This document shows positions 29,959-41,538 of a DNA stretch of 64,000 bases, one piece after another. How positions within the stretch are numbered: the stretch's first letter is position 1; each line of letters opens with the position of its first letter. The notes beneath the pieces are model-generated. The model worked only from the letters and a program-made list of their open reading frames with translations, made no database searches and was not told the origin of the DNA. This DNA is from Anaeromyxobacteraceae bacterium (lineage in GTDB: Bacteria; Myxococcota; Myxococcia; Myxococcales; Anaeromyxobacteraceae). A program made the position numbers and the translations under genes. The stretch is from positions 2,016,001 through 2,080,000 of the forward strand of contig JASGHJ010000002.1 in NCBI GenBank assembly GCA_047602405.1, in the 5' to 3' direction.

Positions 29959-30885
29959 TCAGCGCGGATCCTTGTCCCACAATCCCCCGGTATCGAAACG
30001 GGCATCGGGTGCGCGGGTGTCGAGGACCACGGGCGGGCCGCGGGCCTCCGCGTAGACGCCCGCCGCGCGCGCGCGCGCGACGAGGCGCTGCTCGCCCTCC
30101 TTCAGCTCCACGGTCCCCTTGAACCGGCCGTCGGGCTGGACCTCCATCGTGGCGCCGCCGATGACGACCACGCCGCCCGGGACGGTGCGGCCGCTCACCG
30201 GGATCTTCCGGCGGTTGGTGATCCGCTCCTCCGGCCAGGCGACCTCGAGCAGCACGTCCGCCGGGATCGCGGTGGGCGCGCTCGGCGTCCCCTCGGCGGA
30301 GGCGGCGGTGCGCTGGCCGGCGGCGACCTCGACGCTCTGCCCGCCGGAGGTGAACCGCGCGGCGCCGCGCCGGACCGCGACCGCGACGACGTGGCCGGAC
30401 GAGGACACCTGCAGCTCGCCGCCGGTGGTGCGGGCGACCGCGCTCCGCGCCGAGGCGATCTCGACCGCGCGGCTCGGGTCCTCGTCGACGCGCGCCGACA
30501 CGAGGCCTCGGTCGAGGCGGAAGCGCGAGCTTTCGCTCGTGGCCTGCTCGACCCCGAACCGGCCGATCTCCTCGACCTTGAACTCGTAGGTCGGGGACAC
30601 GATCTTCACGCTCGCGCCGGGCGCGGTGACGAGGGCGTCGGACGCGACGAGCTCGTCGCCGAGGCGGGCCGGACGGCGCACCCCGCCCCGCTCGATCTCG
30701 ACGGCGCCCTGCACCTCGGTCACGCGGATGCGGACGTCCTCGGGCGGCGGCCGCGCGGCCGCGGGCCTCGGCGGCGGCGGCGCGCCCGGGGCGCGCCCGA
30801 GCAGGACCACGTACGCCCCGCCCGCCGCGCCCACCACGAGCGCGACGAGCGCCCAGAAGACGAGGCGGTCCCTGCGAGCCGACAC
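29959..30885 (-). CDS. Membrane-anchored FecR-domain protein with a C-terminal Ig-like domain
   Basis: N-terminal TM, Pro-rich linker, VTEVQGAVEI, RLDRGLVSARV, VRRGAARF; VSGRT...DGRFKGTVELKEGE. Confidence 0.7.
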   Translation of the reverse strand: MSARRDRLVFWALVALVVGAAGGAYVVLLGRAPGAPPPPRPAAARPPPEDVRIRVTEVQGAVEIERGGVRRPARLGDELVASDALVTAPGASVKIVSPTYEFKVEEIGRFGVEQATSESSRFRLDRGLVSARVDEDPSRAVEIASARSAVARTTGGELQVSSSGHVVAVAVRRGAARFTSGGQSVEVAAGQRTAASAEGTPSAPTAIPADVLLEVAWPEERITNRRKIPVSGRTVPGGVVVIGGATMEVQPDGRFKGTVELKEGEQRLVARARAAGVYAEARGPPVVLDTRAPDARFDTGGLWDKDPR

Positions 30886-30916
30886 GATGGCCCACTATAC
30901 CGCCCTTCGGCGGCGC

Positions 30917-32701
30917 TCACCGGTTCTCGGCCGCCGGGAGCGTGACCGTGAAGGTGCTGCCCTCGCCGGGGCGGCTCTCCACCGCGATGCGCCCGCCGTG
31001 CTCCTGGACGATCCGGTAGGTGACCGAGAGCCCCAGCCCGACGTTGCTCCAGAGGTCCTTCGTGGTGAAGAAGGGCTCGAAGATCCGGGGCAGGTGCTCG
31101 GGGAGGATGCCCTTGCCGTTGTCGACGACGAGGAGCTCCACCTTGCCCGCCTCCGCGGCGGGGCGCGTGACGACGCGGAGCTGCGAGCCGGGGCGCTCGA
31201 GGCACGCGGTGCGGGCGTTCTGCACGAGGTTGAGGACCACCTGCGCGAGCTGGCCGGCGTCGCCGCGCGCGCGGGGCGGCGGCGCGGCGAGCTCGAGCGA
31301 CAGCGCGATGCCGCCCTCGCGGAGCTGCCCGTCCACGAGCCCGAGCGCGTCGACCACGACCTTGTTGAGGTCGAGCACCTGCGGGTCGGGCCCGGCCTGC
31401 CGCTGCTCGGAGAAGCGCAGGAGGTTCTGGGTGATGTCGCGGCAGCGGCGGGCGAGCGCCTCGATCTTCTCGAGCGCGTCGCGGTCGGGCCCCTCCTGCT
31501 TCACCCGCTCGAGGAGGAGCTGGGCGTTGCCGAGGATGCCGGTGAGCGGGTTGTTGATCTCGTGCGCGACGCCGGCGCCGAGCTGGCCGATGGCGGCGAG
31601 CTTCTGGGCCTCGACGAGCTGGGCCTGGGCGGCGCGCAGCTCGGCGGTGCGGGCCTCGACCTCCGCCACGAGCTCCTCGTTCCAGCGCTCGAGCTTCGCG
31701 CGCGAGCGCTGGAGCTCGCCCGCCATGGCGTTGAACGTGCGCGAGACCTGGCCGATCTCGTCGCGGCCCTGGTCCGGCAGGCGCACCGCGAGCTCGCCGG
31801 CGCCGAGCGCGCGGGCCGCGGCGTCGATGCGGGCGATGCCCGCGGTGGTGCGCCGCGCGAGGAGGAACGAGAGCGCGAGCACGCCGGCGGTGACGACGAA
31901 GATGGAGAGGAGCACCGCCCGGCGCATCTCCTCCACGTGCGCGAAGGCGGCGCGGGACGGCACCGTGACGAGCACGACCCAGCCCGGCAGCCCGCGCAGC
32001 GGCGCCCAGGCGGCGACCTGCGTCGCGCCGACGAGCGTGCCGGAGCGCTCCGGGTCGACCCGCCCCCGGAGCTCGGCGCGGGTCGCGGCGTCGAGCGGCG
32101 TCGCGCCCGTCGAGCCCACCACGAGCGCGTCGGCCGAGGCGATCCAGGCCGCCCCGCCCTCCGGCACCGCCGGGTCGAGGCGCCGCCGGAGGAGCTCGGT
32201 GCGGACCCGCACGGCGAGGCGCCAGCCCTCGCGGCCCGCCGGGCTGATCGCGGCGAGGCGGGAGATCTCGTCGCCCTCCCGGTAGACCAGGAACGCGAGG
32301 TCGTCGCCCGGCAGCCGCACCGGCGACACCGCGGCGCGCAGCCCCACCGCGTCGGCCTCCCGGCCGCCCTCCCGGGCGCGCAGCTCGCCGGCGGCGTCGA
32401 GGAGGATCGCCGCGTCCACCTGCTCGAGCTGGCCCACCAGGATCGAGAGGATCGCCCGCAGCGCGCTCTCGCTGTGCCCCTCGAGGCGCGGGCGCGCCGC
32501 GACCTTGCGGATGGCGGCGTCCACGCCGGCGACGTCGAGGTCGATGCCGCTCGCGGCCGCCTCGGCGCGGGCGAGCTCCTCGGCGGTGGCGGCGCGCCCG
32601 AGCACCGCCTCGGTGCGGCGGATCATGACGAAGCCCACCAGCACCACCGGGGCGAGCGCCGCGACGAGGAGGAACAGCGCGAGCTTGCGCTGGAGGGTCA
32701 C
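30917..32701 (-). CDS. HAMP-domain sensor histidine kinase
   Basis: Two TMs, HAMP (DEIGQVSRTFNAM), H-box AHEINNPL, N-box NLVQNA, DNGKGI, FEPFFTTK, GLGL. Confidence 0.93.
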   Translation of the reverse strand: MTLQRKLALFLLVAALAPVVLVGFVMIRRTEAVLGRAATAEELARAEAAASGIDLDVAGVDAAIRKVAARPRLEGHSESALRAILSILVGQLEQVDAAILLDAAGELRAREGGREADAVGLRAAVSPVRLPGDDLAFLVYREGDEISRLAAISPAGREGWRLAVRVRTELLRRRLDPAVPEGGAAWIASADALVVGSTGATPLDAATRAELRGRVDPERSGTLVGATQVAAWAPLRGLPGWVVLVTVPSRAAFAHVEEMRRAVLLSIFVVTAGVLALSFLLARRTTAGIARIDAAARALGAGELAVRLPDQGRDEIGQVSRTFNAMAGELQRSRAKLERWNEELVAEVEARTAELRAAQAQLVEAQKLAAIGQLGAGVAHEINNPLTGILGNAQLLLERVKQEGPDRDALEKIEALARRCRDITQNLLRFSEQRQAGPDPQVLDLNKVVVDALGLVDGQLREGGIALSLELAAPPPRARGDAGQLAQVVLNLVQNARTACLERPGSQLRVVTRPAAEAGKVELLVVDNGKGILPEHLPRIFEPFFTTKDLWSNVGLGLSVTYRIVQEHGGRIAVESRPGEGSTFTVTLPAAENR

Positions 32702-35700
32702 GCCGCGGCCCCGCCGCCCGGCGCCTGCCCCGAGCCCGTCGAAGGATCCACGAGGTGCACGCTGCCCTGGAGCTTCTTCGCCTTCGCCTTCAGGTCGGCG
32801 GCGGACTTCGCGAGGTCGGCGTGGTTCGCGAACCGGCCGGGCGGCACCACCACGGTCGCGATCGAGAGCGAGAGGAGCGGGAACCGCCGCTGCGTGCCGA
32901 ACCGATCGACGGCCTCGATGTAGCCGCGCTCGCGGTCGCCCTTGTCGTAGTAGAGCGGGATCACCCGGTCGAACGCGCCGATGATCTCCTTGCAGACGAG
33001 GTCCGCCTTCTCGGGCGCGTTGAGGAGCACGAAGTCGTCGCCGCCCACGTGGCCGACGAAGCCGTGCTCGCCGCCGAGCTCGGCCACCGCGTGGCGCAGG
33101 ATCCCGGCGGTCTGGAAGATGACGCCGTCCGCCTTCGCGTAGCCGTACGTGTCGTTGTAGGCCTTGAGGTTGTCGAGGTCGACGTAGGAGAGCGCGAACG
33201 GCAGCCGCGCCTCGATGCGGCGCTCCACCTCCCGGTCGATGGCGCGCCCGCCGGGCAGCCGGGTCATCGGCGAGGTCGAGAGCGCGGCCTCGCGGCGGCG
33301 GATCACCGCGTCCACCCGCGCGACGAGCTCCTGGGCGTCGAAGGGCTTCGTGAGGTAGTCGTCGGCGCCGAGGCGCAGCCCGCGCACCTTGTCGGCGGTC
33401 TCGCCGCGCGCCGACAGGAACACCGCCGCGAACGGCTCCTGCGCCCGCACGTCGGCGAGCGACTCGAGGAGGCCGAAGCCGTCGCCGTCCGGGAGCTGCA
33501 CGTCCACGAGGAGGAGCTGCGGCGAGCTCTCGACCACGAGGCGCCGCGCCTCGCCCTTCGTCCCCGCCTCGAGCACCTCGTAGCCCTGGCTGCGGAGCAC
33601 CTCGGCGCAGATGGCCCGGATGGCCGGGTCGTCGTCCACGACGAGGATGCGGGCGCCGGTGGCGCGCGCCCGCCGGAGCAGGGGCTCGATGGCCTGCGCG
33701 AGCCGGTCCGGCCCGGCGGGCTTCTCGAGGAACGCCTCGGCGCCCGCGCGGTACGAGGCCTCGCGCTGCGCCGGCGCGCTGAAGGCCATGACGGCGGCGT
33801 GCCGCGTCTCGGCGTCGTGGCGGAGGATCTCGGCGAGCGGGACGCCCTGCAGCGCGGGGAGCCGCGGCTCGAAGACGATGACCCGCGGCCGGTGGCGGCG
33901 CGCCACGGCGACCGCCTCGTCGGGCGTGCTCGCGGTCAGGGCGCGGAAGCCGCGCGAGGCGAGCGCGCCCCGGGCGAGCCGCGCCGCGTCCGGCTCGTCG
34001 ACCACGAGGACGAGCGGCGCGTGGGGATCCGCCGCCGGGCGCTCGGGCGGCGGCTCGGCGGGCGGCTCCTCCGGGAGCACCGCCACGAAGCGCACGCCCA
34101 GCGCCGGGTCGCTCTCCGCCCAGATCGCGCCGCCGTGCTGGGCGACGATGCCGCGGCAGATCGAGAGGCCGAGCCCGGTGCCCCGGACCCGCCGGTTCTT
34201 GTCGGTGCGCGCCTGCTCGAACTTCTCGAAGATCCGCTCGAGGTCGTCCTCGGGCAGCTCCTCGCCCTCGTTCAGCACCGAGAGCCCGACCACGCCGGGC
34301 ACCTCGTCGGAGCGGAACACCCGCACCCGGATCGGGCTGTGGTCCGGCGCGAACTTCACCGCGTTCGTGAGCAGGTTCGAGAGCACCTGGCCGATGCGCG
34401 CGGGGTCGGCGACGAGCCGCACCGGGCCCGCCGGCGCCTCGACGACGATCTCCTGGCCGCGCTCGGTGGCCGCGGGGCCGTAGCGCTCGGCGGTCACCCG
34501 CACGAGCTCGTCGAGCGGGGTGACCTCCGGCACCATCTCGAGCTTGCCCTTCGAGAGCCGGGCGAGGTCGAGGAGGTCGTCGACCATCCCGTTCAGCTTC
34601 TCGGTCGAGTCCCGCGCCATCTTGAGGTAGCGGGCCTGCTTCTCGCCGAGCTCCCCGGCGAGGCCGCCCAGCACGAGGTCGAGCGCGCCGGTGATGGAGG
34701 TGAGCGGCGTGCGCAGCTCGTGGCTCACCACCTGGACGAACTCCTCCTTGCGCTCGTCGAGCTCCTTCTGGGCGGTCACGTCGCGCAGCGCGATCGCGAC
34801 GCCGGCGAGCCGGCCGTCCGGGCCGGGCACCGGCGAGACGATCGACGAGAGCGTCCGCTCGCCGATGTGGATCTCCTCGGTGACGAAGGCGCGCCCGGAG
34901 GGATCGGGCTCGAGCCCGCGCACGAGGTCGAACGGGTAGAAGCCGAGCGCCTCCTTCAGCCACTTCACCGCGACCGGACCCTGCGCCGCCGCGCCGAGCA
35001 TCCGGCGCGCGGCGGGGTTCGCGACCACCTCGTCGGAGCCGGCCGGCGCGAAGAGGCAGGCCGTCCGCCATGCTCTCCACCACGCGCTCGAGGCGGAGCC
35101 GGTCGCCCTCGAGCCGCTGGGCGAAGGCCCGCAGCGCCGCGCCCATCTCGTTCACGAGCACGTCGAGGACCCGCGCGTCGCCCTCCCCGAACGCCTCCGG
35201 CGTCGCGCTCTCGAGGAGCACGATCCCGGAGGGTGCCCCGTCGATCTGCACGGTGACGGTGAGCTGCGAGGGGAACGGCGCGGCGCCCTCGGCGGGCGGC
35301 GGGCTGCCGAGCACCCGGACCTGCAGGTGCGCCTCGTCGAGCGTGCGGCCGGTGCGCTCCGCGTGGGCGGCGAGCGCGTTCTCCTTCACCTGCAGGAGCC
35401 CGCGCTCGTCGAGCCCCACGAGCGGGTGGATGAGGAGCACCGGGGAGGCGCCCTCCGGCGCGAGGAGCGCGGCGGCGAGGTCGCAGGGCACGATGCGCGG
35501 CAGCCGGTCGACGAGCTTCTCGAGGAGCTTCGGCAGGTCGGCGGCGAGGCCGACGTCGCGCGCGAGCTCGGAGGCGGCCTCGAGGGCCGCGAGGCGCCCC
35601 TCGGCCTCGGCGTAGAGGCGCGCCCGCTCGGCCTTGAGGTGCACCTGGTCGAGCGCCCGGAGGACCGTGGCCCTGAGGTCCGCCGTGTCCCACGGCTTCG

Positions 35701-36010
35701 TGATGTAGCGGAAGACCTCCCCCTTGTTGATCGCGGCGACGATCTCCCGGGGATCGGTGTAGGCGGTGAGGAGGATGGCGCAGAGGTCCGGGTGGAGCCG
35801 GCGCGCCTCCTGGATGAGCTCGATGCCGGTCCGGCCGGGCATGCGCTGGTCGGTGACGAGCAGGTCCACCGGCTGCTTCCCGAGGATCTCGAGGGCCTTG
35901 GCGGGCGACGGCGCGGTCAGCGACGCGTAGCCCTCGTCCGGCGGGAACGTGCGCCGGAGGAGCTCCAGCACCTCGGGTTCGTCGTCGACGAAGAGGATCG
36001 TGTGCGCCAA
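32698..36010 (-). CDS. Hybrid REC-GAF-PAS-HisKA-HATPase-REC-REC-GGDEF protein; +1 frameshift near 35058
   Basis: TTG start; ILFVDDE...[30 protein letters not shown]; two further receivers; [13 protein letters not shown]...GHVGGDDF. Confidence 0.88.
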
Positions 36011-36175
36011 GACGGACCGTACGGGTTGCGTTGTTTCGACGGCGAGGCGGGTGGCGTACCGCGTGGGACCTACGATGGTAGCACGGGGTCCGCGGGTGGG
36101 AAGGAGGTAGCCCTTGCGGTGAATGGCCGAAAAGGACTATGTAGGCCGGCTCTTTACGCCAGGGACCCCCCAGCC

Positions 36176-38026
<1,851 letters not shown>

Positions 38027-38038
38027 GTTTCACGGGGT

Positions 38039-38091
38039 GCTCGTCCCTCGACTCCGGGCCGCCTGCGGGCGGCCCTACGCTCGGGATGAGC
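38039..38091 (-). repeat. Nested palindromic REP-like element, copy D
   Basis: Reverse complement GCTCATCCCGAGCGTAG-ggccgcc cgca ggcggcc-CGGAGTCGAGGGACGAGC, between convergent genes. Confidence 0.8.
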
Positions 38092-38104
38092 GGAGAGGGA
38101 GGCG

Positions 38105-39640
38105 TCAGGGCCGCAGCACCCAGACGCAGTAGGACTCGTCGCCGACGACGTCGGAGCGCTCGCAGCCGAGCTTCCGGAGCCGCGGCGCGAGCGCGGACGG
38201 CGGCGGCTGCGCGCGCACGGTCAGCACGTCGAGCACCACCACCGCCGGGCCCTCGCGGGCCACGAACGCCGCGGCCTCGCCCCACGCATCGGCCACGTCG
38301 TGGTTGCGCGCCTCGTCGAAGAGGATGTGCGAGCCCCAGCGGTGGCCGTGCGGGTACCACGCCCGCGCCGCGCCGAGGTGGCCGAGCACGTTCATCGCGG
38401 TGAAGTCGACGACCCCGACGAGCGGCAGGCCTTCGACGCCGGCGCGCCGGATGAGCTCCGCGGTCGCGCCGGCCGCCGAGAACTTCAGCCGGAGGTCCTC
38501 CCGCAGGGCGACGCCCGCCGCGGCCACGTGCACGGCCGCGAGCAGCGCGAACGCCGCGCGCGCGAGCCGGCCGGGCCGCACCGGCGACGCCCCGGCCACC
38601 CAGGCCGCGAACGAGAGGCAGAGCCAGAGGAAGCCCCAGTGGCGCAGGTAGCCGACGAACCGGAGCTGCCCGAACGCCAGCAGGCCCCCTGCCCCGACCG
38701 CGAGGAGCGCCGCGGCGGCCGGCGAGCGGCGGAGCGCGACGATCGCGCCGGCGAGGAGCGCCGCCCCGAGCGCGGCCACCGCGCCCTCCGGGAGCGCGGA
38801 GACGACGACGTTCGTCGACCAGAACCAGAGGCCCGGCTCCGGGAGCGGCAGCCAGGCGCGGACCACGGTGGCGAGCATGAACCCGGCCCGCGTCCCGTCC
38901 CACGCGAGCTCCCAGCCGCCCGCGTAGGCGCCGTCGGGCGGGGTGCGGATGGAGAGCGCGGTGAGGAGGACGCCGGCGGCGCCCAGGGCGAGCCCGGCCC
39001 ACGCCCGGCGCCGCGCCGGTGCCGGCGGCGGGCGGAGCACGAGCTCGCCGCCGAGCACCGCGAGAACGGCGACCACGAGGAAGAGCCCGTGCGGCGTGGT
39101 GTACGCGGCGGCCGCCGCGACGGCGCCGACGGTGAGGGGCCGCTCCCGGCGCCGGGTGAAGGCCCACGCGAGGACGGCGAGGCCGAGCACCGACAGGGCG
39201 TAGTTCCGCGCGAGGACGCCGTACTCGTACACCGGGAAGTAGCCGAGCACGCACAGGAGCCGCAGCCAGCGCGGGCCCGGCGCGAGCCGCAGCACGACGA
39301 ACGCGGAGGCGCCCGCGAGCGCGACCGACAGGGCCTGCATGGCCCAGGGCGCGCCCGGCCACCGGGTGAGCGGCCAGAGGAGGAGGTACCAGCTCGCCGG
39401 GTGGCCGCCGTAGCGGATGGCGTGGAAGAGCGCGAGCGGCGACGCGGCGTCGCGCGCCGCGAGCCAGGCGTCCATCTCGTCGCGCCAGAGCTCGTGGCGC
39501 GAGGCGCCGAGGCCCGCGAGGAGGAGCACCGCGGCCGCGCCCGCCAGCGCGAAGGCGAGCTCGCCGCGCCCGGCCGGCGCCGGCCCGGGCGGCGGAGGCG
39601 GCGCGGAGGGCGAACGCTCGGGGCGGGCGCGTCGGCTCAC
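38105..39640 (-). CDS. Polytopic membrane protein, probable GT-C superfamily glycosyltransferase
   Basis: ELWRDE after TM1, GHPASWYLLL, LARNYAL; many TMs. Confidence 0.6.
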   Translation of the reverse strand: MSRRARPERSPSAPPPPPGPAPAGRGELAFALAGAAAVLLLAGLGASRHELWRDEMDAWLAARDAASPLALFHAIRYGGHPASWYLLLWPLTRWPGAPWAMQALSVALAGASAFVVLRLAPGPRWLRLLCVLGYFPVYEYGVLARNYALSVLGLAVLAWAFTRRRERPLTVGAVAAAAAYTTPHGLFLVVAVLAVLGGELVLRPPPAPARRRAWAGLALGAAGVLLTALSIRTPPDGAYAGGWELAWDGTRAGFMLATVVRAWLPLPEPGLWFWSTNVVVSALPEGAVAALGAALLAGAIVALRRSPAAAALLAVGAGGLLAFGQLRFVGYLRHWGFLWLCLSFAAWVAGASPVRPGRLARAAFALLAAVHVAAAGVALREDLRLKFSAAGATAELIRRAGVEGLPLVGVVDFTAMNVLGHLGAARAWYPHGHRWGSHILFDEARNHDVADAWGEAAAFVAREGPAVVVLDVLTVRAQPPPSALAPRLRKLGCERSDVVGDESYCVWVLRP

Positions 39641-39741
39641 CCGGGCATGGTTCCACGGATGCCGCGGCAGGACCCAGCGAAAAGCGGACGGAAGGTCGAG
39701 CGGGGCGCGTGGAGCGCGATCGGACCGCGGGGCCGGAACGA

Positions 39742-39769
39742 CGAAGGGGGCCCGCGAGGGCCCCCTTCG
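39742..39769 (-). terminator. Stem-loop downstream of rplC
   Basis: Perfect 12 bp stem CGAAGGGGGCCC-gcga-GGGCCCCCTTCG. Confidence 0.65.
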
Positions 39770-39802
39770 AGAGACGTCGGTGCGGCGTGCCGCGAAGGTC
39801 GA

Positions 39803-40513
39803 CTACACCTTCGGCTTCGCGCGCTGACGCTCCTCCTGCTTCTTCTTGACGCGCGGCTGGCCCTTCACCGCGGTGTCGACGATGAGCGTGCCCTCGACGT
39901 GGCCGGGGACGGCGCCCTTCACGAGCAGGAGGTTCTGCTCCGGCTCCATGCCGACGATGGTGAGGTTCTGGATGGTGACGTTGTCGACGCCGTACTGGCC
40001 GGGGAGGTGCTTGCCCTTCCAGACCTTGCCAGGCGTCTTGCGCTGGCCGACGGCGCCGATGTGGCGGTGGTGCTCGTGCGAGGTCGAGGAGTCGCGGGCG
40101 GCGCCCTTCATGCCCCACTTCTTCACGACGCCGGCGAAGCCGCGGCCCTTCGTGACGCCCTGGATGTCGATGCGCTGGTTGACCTTGAACACCTGGTCGA
40201 CCTTGAGCACGTCGCCGGCCTTGAGGTCGCCGAGGAGCTTCGCGTCCTTGACCCGGAACTCCTTGAGGGTCCGGAAGATCGCGGTGCCCGCCTTCTTGAA
40301 GACGCCGACCTCGGGCTTCGAGAGCCGGTGGGCGTGCTTCTCGTCGACGGTGCCCCAGCCGAGCACGACGGCGTCGTAGCCGTCCTTCGCGGCGGTCTTG
40401 CGCGCCACGACGGTGCACGGGCCCGCCTCGAGGACGGTCACGGGAACGGCGTCGCCTTCCGCCGTGTAGATCTGCGTCATCCCCAGCTTCTTCGCCAGGA
40501 GTCCGGTCGCCAT
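39803..40513 (-). CDS. rplC: 50S ribosomal protein L3 (stand-alone)
   Basis: GLLAKKLGMTQI, PVTVLEAGPC, DGYDAV, TKGRGFAGVVKKWG, TPGKVWKGK, NLLLVKGAVPG. Confidence 0.97.
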   Translation of the reverse strand: MATGLLAKKLGMTQIYTAEGDAVPVTVLEAGPCTVVARKTAAKDGYDAVVLGWGTVDEKHAHRLSKPEVGVFKKAGTAIFRTLKEFRVKDAKLLGDLKAGDVLKVDQVFKVNQRIDIQGVTKGRGFAGVVKKWGMKGAARDSSTSHEHHRHIGAVGQRKTPGKVWKGKHLPGQYGVDNVTIQNLTIVGMEPEQNLLLVKGAVPGHVEGTLIVDTAVKGQPRVKKKQEERQRAKPKV

Positions 40514-40585
40514 GTGTGGTTCACCTCTGTATTGGTCCGCCGCGCGACGAGAGGGCCGCGGAGGACGTGCGTTGAAAGGACGCGC

Positions 40586-40614
40586 GTTCTACCGGGTCCC
40601 CACCGCAAAGTCAA
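40586..40614 (-). promoter_or_regulatory. Sigma-70 promoter of rplC
   Basis: Minus strand TTGACT, 17 nt, TAGAAC, about 70 nt upstream of the ATG. Confidence 0.7.
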
Positions 40615-40627
40615 GCGCGACGCGGAC

Positions 40628-41275
40628 TTACACCGCGGCGGGCAGCGACACCTCGAGCGCGCCGTCCACCACCCGCAGCTCCCCGCCGAGCGCGGCGGCC
40701 ACCCTGCGCGCGAGCGGCAGCGAGAGGGCCCTGCCCTTCATGTCGGAGGGCGACCCCTTCATCGGGTCCGCCAGCGCCTCGGCGGCGACCGGGCGGCCCG
40801 AGAGCCGGACCCGCACCACCGGCCCGTCGCCGCGGGCGCTGGCCGTGGTCGCGGTGCCCTCCCCGGCCACGCCGGCGACGAGGAGGTCGAGGAGCCGGTC
40901 GAGGAGGATCTTGTCGACGAGGACCGAGAGCCCCTCCACCGCCTCGACCGACACCGCACCCAGGTCGGCCGCGCGGCGCCCGGCGGCGGCCTCGAGCGCC
41001 GGGCCGATCGCCTGGGAATCCGGGCGGTTGGGGATGCCGCCCACGTCCAGCCGCTCGGTCAGGAAGTGGTCCTCGACGAGCTGCCTCACGCGACCGAGCG
41101 CGCGCAGCATCATGTCCGCCATCTTCTCGCCGCGCGCGCCGCCGCGGTCGGCCGCCGACATCCGCGACAGGAGCTCGGCGGTCCAGAGCGCGGTCGAGAG
41201 CGGGTTGCGGACCTCGTGTGCGACGAAGCCCAGCTTGCCCGCGCGCCGCTCGGCCTCCTCCTCTTCGCTCGCCAT
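40628..41275 (-). CDS. Small input-less HisKA protein with a degenerate ATPase domain
   Basis: H-box [11 protein letters not shown] near the N-terminus; N, G1 and G2 boxes degenerate; 215 aa. Confidence 0.75.
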   Translation of the reverse strand: MASEEEEAERRAGKLGFVAHEVRNPLSTALWTAELLSRMSAADRGGARGEKMADMMLRALGRVRQLVEDHFLTERLDVGGIPNRPDSQAIGPALEAAAGRRAADLGAVSVEAVEGLSVLVDKILLDRLLDLLVAGVAGEGTATTASARGDGPVVRVRLSGRPVAAEALADPMKGSPSDMKGRALSLPLARRVAAALGGELRVVDGALEVSLPAAV

Positions 41276-41480
41276 GTCCGCTCCGCGCTCTACGCCGGGA
41301 ACCGCTCGGAAGGCAACCACGGGAAACCGGGAAACCCGAGAAGGTTTTACTGGCCCCAAACTGCCCAGGTTCCGGGCGCTTGCCGCCGGGGCTGACCTTC
41401 TTACAGGCCCCACGGGCGCAGGGGCTGGCGCCTGAACCGCCAACCCCCCGGAAAGAGGAGCCTCCGGGCGTGCGGCCGTC

Positions 41481-41496
41481 GGGCACGTGCATTGCT
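41481..41496 (+). promoter_or_regulatory. Sigma-54 (-24/-12) promoter upstream of the rpoH-like gene
   Basis: GGGCACGTGCATTGCT = GG-N10-GC, matching TGGCAC-N5-TTGC except at the first base. Confidence 0.75.
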
Positions 41497-41538
41497 CTCG
41501 TTCCCTGTGCTTCACTCCTCGATGCACCCGGAGCCCTG

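Noticed and set aside
32698..33300. Hypr-type (3',3'-cGAMP) GGDEF
   Set aside because: It retains Asp at the specificity position ([10 protein letters not shown]), whereas Hypr enzymes have Ser/Thr there
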